From NCBI GenBank assembly GCA_023485715.1, contig JAMCZG010000025.1:1-35201 (forward strand): a DNA stretch of 35,201 nucleotides, read 5' to 3'. A program made the translations under genes and the position numbers. Source of the stretch: Patescibacteria group bacterium. GTDB lineage: Bacteria; Patescibacteriota; Microgenomatia; Levybacterales; UBA12049. The notes under the pieces are model-generated. The model did no database searches. It saw only the letters and a list, made by a program, of their open reading frames with translations, and was not told where the DNA came from. Positions 14,953 to 23,223 of the stretch are shown piece by piece. Position 1 is the stretch's first letter; the number at the start of each line of letters is the position of its first letter.

Positions 14953-16608
14953 ATGAATAACCAAATTTCTTTTATCCCACTAGGCGGAGTCGGTGATGTC
15001 ACACGCAACATGTATTTATACGAAACAGAGAACGAAATACTAATTATCGATTGCGGTTTGGGTTTTGCAGACGAAGCCATGCTAGGCGTTGATCTTTTAT
15101 TACCCGACATATCGTATCTGTTAAAGACAACAAAGAAAATCGTCGGAATGGTGTTAACTCACGGACACGAAGATCATATCGGTGCGCTTCCGTATATTTT
15201 GCCCCAGCTCCCGATTTTTCCGATATTAGGCACACCGTTAACAGCTGCGCTAGCAAACGAAAAACTTAAAGAATTTAACGTCGCAAGCCGTGTTAAAACA
15301 GTTTTATTCGACGAACAAGAAAAAATATTGGGAAGTTTTAAAATTTCCTTTATCCGCGTTACCCACTCGGTCCCAGACGCATCGAATTTATTAATAAAAA
15401 CGAAGGAGGGTAATTTTTATCACGGTAGTGATTTTAAATTCGATTTAACGCCAATCGACGGAAAGAAAACCGAGTTCCAAAAAATTGTAAACGGATCAAG
15501 TAGCGGCATAACTTGTTTAATGTCAGATTGTTTAGGTTCAGAACGAAAAGGATACACGCCTTCCGAGCAAAGTTTGTCCGAAAGTTTTGAAAGAGAAGCC
15601 CAAATTTGTCGGGGAAAAATTCTTATCACGACTTATTCGTCAAATATATCGAGACTTAATCAGGCAATAAAAGCAGGTGAAAATGTAGGCCGAAAGATTT
15701 GTTTTGTCGGAAGGTCACTTATAAAAGCAAAAGAAGTGGCGCAAAGACTCGGTTATTTAAAAATAAACAACGGATCAGAGGTACAGATAGAAGACCTTAA
15801 AAGACATAACGAAAAAAGATTATTATTGATTGTCGCAGGGAGCCAGGGACAGGAAAATTCCGCGATGACACGAATCGCAAACGATGAACACAGAGAGATA
15901 AAATTAAATCCTCAAGATACGGTTATTTTTTCGACCGATCCGATCCCGGGAAACGAAATTTCAGTAAATGATCTAATCGATACAATCGCAAAAAGAGGCG
16001 CCAGGGTTGTTTATTCGGACATAAGTGATGATTTCCACGTGTCGGGTCACGGTTCTTCCCAGGACATCATGCTTTTAATATCACTTGTTAAACCGAAATA
16101 TTTTTTACCGATCGGCGGAACTTTCAGACATATGGTTGCTTACAGGTCGCTTTGTGAAAAGCTCGGGTATAAAAAGGATGATGTTTTTTTGGTCGATGAC
16201 GGACAGGAAATCGTTTTTTCACAAAACAAAGCTTATAAAGGCAAGAAAATAGATATTAAAAATGTGTATGTGGACCAGATTAGCGGCGAAGAAGTCGAAG
16301 GTTTCGTTTTAAGGGACCGCCAAAAGCTTTCCGAAGGCGGATTGGTCATCTTATTGACAGAAGTTTCGTCTTCAACCGGAGCAATCGTAAACACACCCAC
16401 TGTTATTATCCGCGGTTTTCCTCAGGCAGATATTAATATTTTAGGCCGAAAACTCGAAAACCATCTGAAAAATACAGTTAAAGTAAAAGCAGGGGGTGTT
16501 ACAGACTGGATTTATATTAGAAAATTAATCGGCGAAGTTTCAGAAAGATTTATATTCAAAGAACTCCACCGTCATCCTCTGGTTTTACCGGTAGTTATTA
16601 AAGTATAG
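14953..16608 (+). CDS. rnj: Ribonuclease J (metallo-beta-lactamase / beta-CASP family)
   Basis: 551 aa with the HGHEDHIGALP motif and RNase J-type beta-CASP and C-terminal domains (FHVSGHGSSQD). Confidence 0.92.
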   Translation: MNNQISFIPLGGVGDVTRNMYLYETENEILIIDCGLGFADEAMLGVDLLLPDISYLLKTTKKIVGMVLTHGHEDHIGALPYILPQLPIFPILGTPLTAALANEKLKEFNVASRVKTVLFDEQEKILGSFKISFIRVTHSVPDASNLLIKTKEGNFYHGSDFKFDLTPIDGKKTEFQKIVNGSSSGITCLMSDCLGSERKGYTPSEQSLSESFEREAQICRGKILITTYSSNISRLNQAIKAGENVGRKICFVGRSLIKAKEVAQRLGYLKINNGSEVQIEDLKRHNEKRLLLIVAGSQGQENSAMTRIANDEHREIKLNPQDTVIFSTDPIPGNEISVNDLIDTIAKRGARVVYSDISDDFHVSGHGSSQDIMLLISLVKPKYFLPIGGTFRHMVAYRSLCEKLGYKKDDVFLVDDGQEIVFSQNKAYKGKKIDIKNVYVDQISGEEVEGFVLRDRQKLSEGGLVILLTEVSSSTGAIVNTPTVIIRGFPQADINILGRKLENHLKNTVKVKAGGVTDWIYIRKLIGEVSERFIFKELHRHPLVLPVVIKV

Positions 16609-16632
16609 AAATGTTTGCAGTAAGCTATATAA

Positions 16633-16668
16633 ACTTGTAGTTATTTTTTTAAGTCTATATAATTAGTT
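16633..16668 (+). promoter_or_regulatory. Promoter for ftsK: ACTTGTAGTTA-N14-TATAATTAGTT (TTGTAG-N17-TATAAT)
   Basis: -35 TTGTAG at 16635-16640, a 17-nt spacer and a consensus TATAAT at 16658-16663. ATG 16670 lies only 6 nt downstream. The blocks are identical to the rpsO promoter. Confidence 0.5.
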
Positions 16669-16669
16669 T

Positions 16670-18781
16670 ATGGCAAAAAGAAGACATTATAAGAAAAGAC
16701 ATTTTAAACTCAAACTTAAGAAAGAAACAATCTATTCTATTTTTGCTTTCGGCCTGATACTTGTGGGCGTACTTTTATTTTTATCTTTTTCCCGGTCCGG
16801 AGAAAATTTTGTTTTGGTAGATGATCTTCTTTCCGAGAAATTTGGTTTTATGTCTTACCTTTTCCCTTTAGTCTTAATCCTTTTTGGCTTGTTTTTTTTA
16901 AGACTCCGGATATTTTTATCCAAACCCAATGTTTCGATCGGTTTTGCAATTTTTTTTGTGTCGCTTTTGTCACTGGGTAAGAGCGGAGAAATCGGAAAAA
17001 GCATTTTCGCGACACTAGCCGAAATTTTAACAGTCGCTGGAGCAGATGCTGTATTTATCGCCGGACTCGCAGTCGGAATTATAGTATCTTTTGATACATC
17101 GATCGACGAAATTTTTTCGGCCCTTGCATTCGTTTATAAAAATATTCATAGATTATTTCCGGGCAGGATATTTTCTATTTTTAAGACAAAAAGACCTTTA
17201 CTTGTTCAGTCAAAAGGTATGGCGATAAAGGGAGAACAGAAGGATTTAATAGGAATATCGTCTAAAGGAGCCATTCCGTCTCTTGCAGTAAAGAGGGAAC
17301 CGGCTTTTCTTTCGGAAAAACTTGTCAGTAATACTTTACAGGGTCAAATTTGGGAATATCCGCCGCTTAATCTTCTTTCTGATTCTGCCGGACATAAAGC
17401 AAACAGGGGTGATATAAAAAAAACCGCAAGCATAATTGAAAAAACCCTCCAAAGTTTTGGGATCGAGGCCCGCGTTGCCGAAGTTAATTTAGGCCCTGCA
17501 GTCACCCAATATGCATTAGAAATCGCACTCGGTACAAAAGTATCAAAAATTACATCGTTGTCAAACGATCTTGCGCTCGCAACTGAAGCGCCGACTGGAC
17601 AAATAAGAATCGAAGCGCCGATCCCCGGGAGAAATTTGGTAGGAATCGAAATTCCAAACCGGTCGCTCGAAATTGTTTCGCTTAAAACAATGCTCGCGTC
17701 CAGTGTTATGCAAAAGAGTAAGTCAAAGCTCACCGTGTCTCTGGGTCTAGATGTTTCTGGCTCTCCGGTGGTAGCAAATATTGCCAAAATGCCTCACGTT
17801 TTGGTCGCTGGAACGACCGGTTCTGGAAAATCGGTACTGATAAATTCTTTTATATCGTCTCTTTTATTCAGGGCATCACCGGCGGAAGTAAAATTAATAC
17901 TTATTGATCCCAAAAGAGTAGAATTAACAGGATACAACGGAATTCCTCATTTATTACATCCGGTAATAGTTGAATCGGATAAAATTTTATCCGCATTAAA
18001 ATGGGCAATGGGAGAGATGGATAGAAGATATAAAATTTTTGCGGAAGCAAATGTTCGGAATATAGACTCTTATAATGAACTTTCTGCGTTTCAGGCGCTT
18101 CCATATATTGTTATTTTTATCGATGAGCTAGCGGATTTAATGGCGTTTGCCCCAGTCGACGTAGAAGATGCGATCGCGCGTTTAGCCCAGATGGCGCGTG
18201 CAACCGGAATCCATCTTGTAGTTTCTACCCAAAGGCCTTCGGTTGATGTATTAACAGGACTTATTAAGGCAAATATCCCTTGCAGAGTGGCGTTTAACGT
18301 TTCTTCGATGATCGATTCGCGTGTAATTCTTGACACTCCGGGGGCGGAGAAACTTTTGGGTCGGGGAGATATGCTTTATATCCCACCGGAACAGGCAAAA
18401 CCGACTAGAATACAAGGTGCTTTTGTTTCGGATGGGGACGTTAAAAAACTTGTTGATTATCTTAAGTCTAAAGCGCCTGCTGTTGAATACACAGAGGAAG
18501 TAACGACCCAAAAAGTAACGCTTAAAAAGGGAGGGATCTCAGTCAGTTCCGACGGTCGTGATCCGTTTATCGAAGAAGCAATCCGTGTTATTTGCCAATT
18601 CGATAAAGCGTCTGCATCGCTTCTACAAAGGCGTCTTAAAGTCGGCTACGCAAGAGCTGCAAGAATTTTAGACGAACTCGAAGGTATGGGAATTGTTGGT
18701 CCGGGAGAAGGATCAAAGCCCCGGGACGTATTGGTTAAAAACGCCGACGAAATTATTAATAATTTAAATGGCGGACAATAG
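16670..18781 (+). CDS. ftsK: DNA translocase FtsK/SpoIIIE
   Basis: N-terminal TM segments, motor domain with Walker A GTTGSGKS and Walker B FIDELADL, and a C-terminal gamma winged helix (LLQRRLKVGYARAARILDELE). Confidence 0.95.
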   Translation: MAKRRHYKKRHFKLKLKKETIYSIFAFGLILVGVLLFLSFSRSGENFVLVDDLLSEKFGFMSYLFPLVLILFGLFFLRLRIFLSKPNVSIGFAIFFVSLLSLGKSGEIGKSIFATLAEILTVAGADAVFIAGLAVGIIVSFDTSIDEIFSALAFVYKNIHRLFPGRIFSIFKTKRPLLVQSKGMAIKGEQKDLIGISSKGAIPSLAVKREPAFLSEKLVSNTLQGQIWEYPPLNLLSDSAGHKANRGDIKKTASIIEKTLQSFGIEARVAEVNLGPAVTQYALEIALGTKVSKITSLSNDLALATEAPTGQIRIEAPIPGRNLVGIEIPNRSLEIVSLKTMLASSVMQKSKSKLTVSLGLDVSGSPVVANIAKMPHVLVAGTTGSGKSVLINSFISSLLFRASPAEVKLILIDPKRVELTGYNGIPHLLHPVIVESDKILSALKWAMGEMDRRYKIFAEANVRNIDSYNELSAFQALPYIVIFIDELADLMAFAPVDVEDAIARLAQMARATGIHLVVSTQRPSVDVLTGLIKANIPCRVAFNVSSMIDSRVILDTPGAEKLLGRGDMLYIPPEQAKPTRIQGAFVSDGDVKKLVDYLKSKAPAVEYTEEVTTQKVTLKKGGISVSSDGRDPFIEEAIRVICQFDKASASLLQRRLKVGYARAARILDELEGMGIVGPGEGSKPRDVLVKNADEIINNLNGGQ

Positions 18782-18792
18782 AATTTTAAATT

Positions 18793-19434
18793 ATGTTAAA
18801 AATCGGCCAGAAGCTTTACGAGGAGCGTGTCAAAAAGAATTTAACCTTAGAAGAAGTTTCTAAAGCGACAAAAATCAGAGCCTCTTTTCTGTCTGCGATC
18901 GAAAAAGGGGATTATAAAAAACTTCCCTCACCGGCATATGCACAGGGATTTGTTAAAAATTATGCTGAGTTTTTAGGGTTATCGGCGAACAAAGCATTGG
19001 CTCTTTTCAGACGTGAATTCGACGAAGAAAAAGCGCTCAGAGTTTTACCCGAAGGCCTAGCTGGAAAAGAGGATTTTCCGGTAGAAGGAATAAAAATCCG
19101 TAAAATTCCGATAATTATAATTTTGATTTTTTTAGTGCTTTTGGGATATATAGTTTTTCAGTATAGATATACCTTTATAAATCCACCTCTGGATGTTAAT
19201 TCTCCGACAGAAAATGCGACGATTAATTCAGAAATTGTAGAAATTTCGGGAAAAACAGATCCTAATTCGACACTAACCATAAATAATAATCCAATTTCTG
19301 TCGAAAGTAATGGTGTGTTTAAGAAAGAGATCGATTTATTTCCTGGAAAATCGACAATTAAAATAAAAGCAGTTAACCGTTTTGGTAAAGAAACGGTTAT
19401 CGAGCGACATGTAGAAATAAAACCTGGTTCTTGA
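18793..19434 (+). CDS. rodZ: RodZ-like cytoskeleton protein (XRE-type HTH, one TM, extracytoplasmic beta-rich domain)
   Basis: The N-terminal HTH (IGQKLYEERVKKNLTLEEVSKATKIRASFLSAIEKGDYKKLPSPAYAQGFVKNYAEFLGL) matches the RodZ pattern. The TM segment is IPIIIILIFLVLLGYIVF. Confidence 0.7.
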   Translation: MLKIGQKLYEERVKKNLTLEEVSKATKIRASFLSAIEKGDYKKLPSPAYAQGFVKNYAEFLGLSANKALALFRREFDEEKALRVLPEGLAGKEDFPVEGIKIRKIPIIIILIFLVLLGYIVFQYRYTFINPPLDVNSPTENATINSEIVEISGKTDPNSTLTINNNPISVESNGVFKKEIDLFPGKSTIKIKAVNRFGKETVIERHVEIKPGS

Positions 19435-19459
19435 CATAAAAGCATAAGTGGAGTAACCT
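19431..19459 (+). promoter_or_regulatory. Possible promoter TTGACA-N17-TAACCT upstream of the ytxG-like gene
   Basis: A consensus -35 TTGACA at 19431-19436 overlaps the rodZ-like TGA stop. The -10 TAACCT at 19454-19459 is weak and lies 6 nt before ATG 19466. Confidence 0.25.
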
Positions 19460-19465
19460 ATTTTT

Positions 19466-19753
19466 ATGATAGATGCTGCCCAGCCGATACTACTTTTAGT
19501 GATAATCGTTTTGGCATTCCTTCTTTTGGTTTTAGGAATTCAGGTGTTTTTTATTTTAAGAGAGCTTCGACAGACAATTACTAAGGCGAACAAAGTTTTA
19601 GACGATACAGGTGTTATAACAGAAAGTGTTTCCAAGCCGATTTCTTCTTTTTCAAGTGTTGTCTCGGGAATAAAAGCTGGGGCGTCTTTTGCAAACTTTT
19701 TCAAAAGTAAATTTTATAAAGACGAATCAGAAGGGAAAAAAAATAAAGACTGA
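19466..19753 (+). CDS. DUF948/YtxG-like small membrane-anchored protein
   Basis: 95 aa with an N-terminal TM (ILLLVIIVLAFLLLVLGIQVFFIL) followed by a helical region. The architecture and its position directly upstream of a YtxH-like gene mirror the Bacillus ytxG-ytxH pair (from memory). Confidence 0.5.
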   Translation: MIDAAQPILLLVIIVLAFLLLVLGIQVFFILRELRQTITKANKVLDDTGVITESVSKPISSFSSVVSGIKAGASFANFFKSKFYKDESEGKKNKD

Positions 19754-19760
19754 AGAGGCT

Positions 19761-20105
19761 ATGGACCATTACAATCAAAAACAGAAGTCTGGGAACAATT
19801 TTTTTAACGGGTTTATTTGGGGTGCTGTAATAGGGGCCGGGATTTGCTATTTTTTTACAACAAAAACGGGTAAAAAACTGTTAAAAAAATTAACAACAGA
19901 CGGATTGGAAGGAGTAACCGAGGTAACGAATCTAATAAAAGAAGAGGTAAGACACGCTGAAGAACCTCAAATATCAGAAGATTTTGAAGAAGAAGCTGAA
20001 GAAGAGATAAAAACAAACGGCCACGCAAAAAATAACGGATCACCGATTAGAAAAATTACGACTTCAACAAAACGATTCTTCAAAGGTATCCCCAAAAGAA
20101 GTTAA
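19761..20105 (+). CDS. YtxH-like general-stress-type protein
   Basis: GFIWGAVIGAGICYFFTTKTGKKLLKKL fits the YtxH N-terminal signature. ATG 19761 is preferred over the track start 19689, which overlaps the previous gene. Confidence 0.6.
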   Translation: MDHYNQKQKSGNNFFNGFIWGAVIGAGICYFFTTKTGKKLLKKLTTDGLEGVTEVTNLIKEEVRHAEEPQISEDFEEEAEEEIKTNGHAKNNGSPIRKITTSTKRFFKGIPKRS

Positions 20106-21065
20106 TTACAATCCGTATTTTTCGATGTTAGCGTTGTGTTCCGCTAAGGTTTTTGAGTAATGATTATGGCCGGAGCTGTCAGATAAATAATAAAGATAAT
20201 CCGTGTTTGCTGGATTAATCGCGGCCTTTATCGAATCGATTCCGGGGTTTGAAATCGGACCTGGAGGGAGATTAGTGTTTTGATAAGTATTATATGAGGA
20301 ATCCAATTTCAAATCATCTATTGTTAAAGATTTTTTCCACCATGATTTTTCATCTAGCTGATAGCCTAATAAATATTGGATTGTTGCGTCGATCTGGAGT
20401 GGCATCGAGAGTTCCAGGCGGTTCATTATTACGGATGCGATAAGGGGTCGGTCTTCGGGGAATCTTGCTTCTCTTTCGATTAATGATGCGATAGTAATAA
20501 TTTCGCTTTTAGATAATTTATTTTGATCTTGGGGTGCAATACTTTCATATTTTGTCTCAAAATTATTCTTGAACATGGAAACGATAAGATCGATGTCGGC
20601 ATCTTTTGGAATTAAATAAGTATCAGGAAAAAGGTAGCCTTCGTTTTCAATAAGATTTTGTTTCCATGCGGGATCGTATGTTGCCAAGCTGGATCGTAGA
20701 ATTTCCGCGATTTCTTCGGCCCGTTTTCCTTCCGGAATCGTAACCCAGATATCAAGACTTCCGTGGGTTAAATTTTCCGCGATTTCTTCGGCGGTCATCG
20801 AGGGTGAGAGCCTAAAATCTCCGGCTTGGATATTTTTTTCGATTCCTAATTTTTTAATCAATATAAAGAATACAACAGGATCTTTTATTAAATTTTTACT
20901 TCTAAGATTATTTGATATTTCTCTTACGCCCTCGCCCTTGTTAACAACAAAAATTACTTGCGATTTATCGGATATGTTTACAGGAGAAAGACCGTTATTC
21001 CACCAAAAAAATCCTACAAGCAAGACGGCAGCAATTATAATACAAAAAATAAATATTCTTTTCAT
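20106..21065 (-). CDS. mltG: Endolytic murein transglycosylase MltG (YceG family)
   Basis: 319 aa with an N-terminal TM and YceG motifs (IPEGKRAEEIAEIL, ASLIEREA, LQIDATIQY, YNTYQNTNLPPGPISNPG). Confidence 0.9.
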   Translation of the reverse strand: MKRIFIFCIIIAAVLLVGFFWWNNGLSPVNISDKSQVIFVVNKGEGVREISNNLRSKNLIKDPVVFFILIKKLGIEKNIQAGDFRLSPSMTAEEIAENLTHGSLDIWVTIPEGKRAEEIAEILRSSLATYDPAWKQNLIENEGYLFPDTYLIPKDADIDLIVSMFKNNFETKYESIAPQDQNKLSKSEIITIASLIEREARFPEDRPLIASVIMNRLELSMPLQIDATIQYLLGYQLDEKSWWKKSLTIDDLKLDSSYNTYQNTNLPPGPISNPGIDSIKAAINPANTDYLYYLSDSSGHNHYSKTLAEHNANIEKYGL

Positions 21066-22337
21066 TTAATATTCAAGAATCGGAAAGTTTATGATCGAGT
21101 CCTTTCCCTCTTTGAGATTATACACGTTTTCGCTAAAAAGTGTATATATTGTTTCGCCTTTTACTATTTTCTCGTCAATTTTTTTGTTCAAAAAAATTCC
21201 AGCACCTTTTTGTTTAGGTGCGCCCAAAACCTTTGTGACGATGGTCGCATTTTTACTGTGAATTTGTTTCACTGTTCCGTTCTTTTTGGCCTTAACCTCG
21301 TAAACATGTTTTCCTGGTTGTAGATCTTCGCTGTCGACTTTTGGATTTCCGCCTTGTGCTTGTATAATATCCTGCATTTTTTTAAATGCAACGCCAGACT
21401 GTAAAATATTAGTTGCCCAACCGATCGAATTTCCGAAATTTTTTTTAACGTCGTCTTTTAATTTTTGAGGTGAATCTTTAAGACAAAGTTCTAGTAAATT
21501 TCCGGCTAAATTTAAAGCCCTGACTTCGAGATCGATCGGGCGATTCTCTTTTTGCTGTAAAACTCTTATCGCCTCTCGCGTCTCCAGTATCGGTCCGATG
21601 CCCCGTCCGGCAGGCTCGTCTGTTCTATGAACCAGTACGATTATTTTTATATCAAATTTTTTAGCAAGATACTCAAATTTTTCCTTAAGAACATTCGCAT
21701 CTTTAAGTGTATGAACTTTTACCATATCTCCATACGGAAGGTCGATTACAACATGGTTCGACCCGAACGCAACCTTTTTTGCCATAATCGAAACGAGGAT
21801 TTTATCAAAACTCTCAAACAAAAGCGGTTCTTCGATATGTATAATAATGTCGTCTGCAGGTGCTATATTAAAACTTCCTCCCCAGACAATACAGGCATTT
21901 GTTTTCTCGACAATTTTATAAATCTGTTCTCTTGAAAATGATACTGGTGCCAAAACTTCCATGTCGTCTGCGGTCCCACCAGGGGTTGTTATCGCGCGCG
22001 ATGAACTTTTCGGGATTAAAAATCCGGCAGATGCGACAATCGGTACTACGATTAAGGTTGTTCTGGTTCCCGGGACACCCCCGATAGAATGTTTATCCGC
22101 GACGATCCCTTTAAATTTTAATTTTTCGCCTGTTTCGACCATCGCTTTTGTTAAATAAAAGAGTTCTTGATTTGAAAAACCTTTTGAATAACCCGATGCA
22201 GCAAAGTACGTTGTTAAAACATCGCTTAATCTCCTCGATGAAATTTGATCCATAATCGCATAAAGTTCTTCGTAGTTTAATTTTTTTCCGACTAATTTCT
22301 TTCTAATCGCATCGAGTGCTAAATTTTTATGATCCAT
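21066..22337 (-). CDS. Thymidine-phosphorylase-family enzyme of the archaeal AMP-phosphorylase type
   Basis: ADKHSIGGVPGTRTTLIVVPIVASAGFLIPKSSSRAITTPGGTADDMEVLAPV closely resembles the AMP phosphorylase core (DKHSIGGVPG rather than the DKHSTGGVGD of thymidine phosphorylase). A strong SD, AAAGGAGAAGGA, lies upstream. ATG 22337 is preferred over TTG 22340. Confidence 0.85.
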   Translation of the reverse strand: MDHKNLALDAIRKKLVGKKLNYEELYAIMDQISSRRLSDVLTTYFAASGYSKGFSNQELFYLTKAMVETGEKLKFKGIVADKHSIGGVPGTRTTLIVVPIVASAGFLIPKSSSRAITTPGGTADDMEVLAPVSFSREQIYKIVEKTNACIVWGGSFNIAPADDIIIHIEEPLLFESFDKILVSIMAKKVAFGSNHVVIDLPYGDMVKVHTLKDANVLKEKFEYLAKKFDIKIIVLVHRTDEPAGRGIGPILETREAIRVLQQKENRPIDLEVRALNLAGNLLELCLKDSPQKLKDDVKKNFGNSIGWATNILQSGVAFKKMQDIIQAQGGNPKVDSEDLQPGKHVYEVKAKKNGTVKQIHSKNATIVTKVLGAPKQKGAGIFLNKKIDEKIVKGETIYTLFSENVYNLKEGKDSIINFPILEY

Positions 22338-22486
22338 CAATATCCTTCTCCTTTTATTTGTTTAATCGAATAAGAAACAATGTTTTTTATTAAAGAGATA
22401 ACAAAATAAAAAATCGAATTGATAATCCGATAAATTGCCGGCCATATTTTTTTAAAAAAAATAATAAATTTATTTTCTTCCTGCAT
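22337..22486 (-). CDS. Unlisted 49-aa ORF, putative small membrane protein
   Basis: My translation is MQEENKFIIFFKKIWPAIYRIINSIFYFVISLIKNIVSYSIKQIKGEGY. Its ATG lies 2 nt after the sortase stop and its TGA overlaps the downstream ATG (TGATG). It fills the whole apparent intergenic gap in very AT-rich DNA. Confidence 0.4.
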   Translation of the reverse strand: MQEENKFIIFFKKIWPAIYRIINSIFYFVISLIKNIVSYSIKQIKGEGY

Positions 22487-22488
22487 TT

Positions 22489-23223
22489 TTATATTTTTTC
22501 GAATCTCGCTTTAATGATTAACCTTTTCCATGTGGTTCCGGGGGGCGTGCAGGTAATCAAAGTTAAATAGCTGTCGTCATAGTTTTGACTAAAAACAGAA
22601 GTATCGTCCGCGTCAACAACAGTTATGTTAAATACCTTATACAGATATTCGATTCCATCTATCTTTACTTTAATCTCGTCTCCTATTTTTAGCAGATATG
22701 TTGTCGCAAAAATTGTTTTGTAATCATTTTGATTAAAAAGTTGAGGTAATGTCGAATGTCCGACAACAACAGCATTTCCTTTATTGGGTGGTATCGCTGT
22801 CCCGCTATAATTAATTAGATGTTTGCTGAGATCAAAATCTACCGTCGAAACGGTTGCATCTTTTATTCCAACTTTTGGGATGGAAAGGGTATAAGATTGA
22901 ATTTGCGGTGATTTATCCTCTGTCTTAAAATTTGGAAACCAATTTTGGGCATTAGTATAATCGATACCGCTAATTTTTTCTGTCGTTGCGGCGATTAAGC
23001 TTTGGACAGTTGATTTATTGACAATCGTATATTTGGGAATCGGTGCAGTAAGTTCATTAGACGCAAAAACCGGGGCAAAATATATTTGCCATGAGATTAA
23101 TGGAAAAAAAATATACAGTGCTGCGATAAAACCGAAAAATGCTATAAGAAAACTACCGAATTGCAAAAATTTTCGGGAATCAATCTTTATTTGGTTTTTG
23201 CTTTTGTAGTAATATTCACTCAT
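22489..23223 (-). CDS. Sortase (cysteine transpeptidase)
   Basis: 244 aa with an N-terminal TM, catalytic His (VVVGHSTLP), a TLITC motif (Cys codon 22549-22551) and a downstream Arg (KRLIIKARF). The start overlaps the upstream gene by 8 nt. Confidence 0.85.
   Translation of the reverse strand: MSEYYYKSKNQIKIDSRKFLQFGSFLIAFFGFIAALYIFFPLISWQIYFAPVFASNELTAPIPKYTIVNKSTVQSLIAATTEKISGIDYTNAQNWFPNFKTEDKSPQIQSYTLSIPKVGIKDATVSTVDFDLSKHLINYSGTAIPPNKGNAVVVGHSTLPQLFNQNDYKTIFATTYLLKIGDEIKVKIDGIEYLYKVFNITVVDADDTSVFSQNYDDSYLTLITCTPPGTTWKRLIIKARFEKI

Noticed and set aside
19689-19760. Longer start for the YtxH-like ORF at 19689, as listed in the track.
   Set aside because: It would overlap the preceding gene by 65 nt. 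The added residues (MQTFSKVNFIKTNQKGKKIKTEEA) are just the alternative frame of that gene's K-rich tail. ATG 19761 follows a GAAGAGG purine tract.
19432-23218. Alternative genetic code with UGA recoded, as in some CPR lineages.
   Set aside because: TGA terminates several well-delimited ORFs at sensible ends (19432-19434, 19751-19753, 23216-23218 on the minus strand). The conserved genes contain no in-frame TGA.
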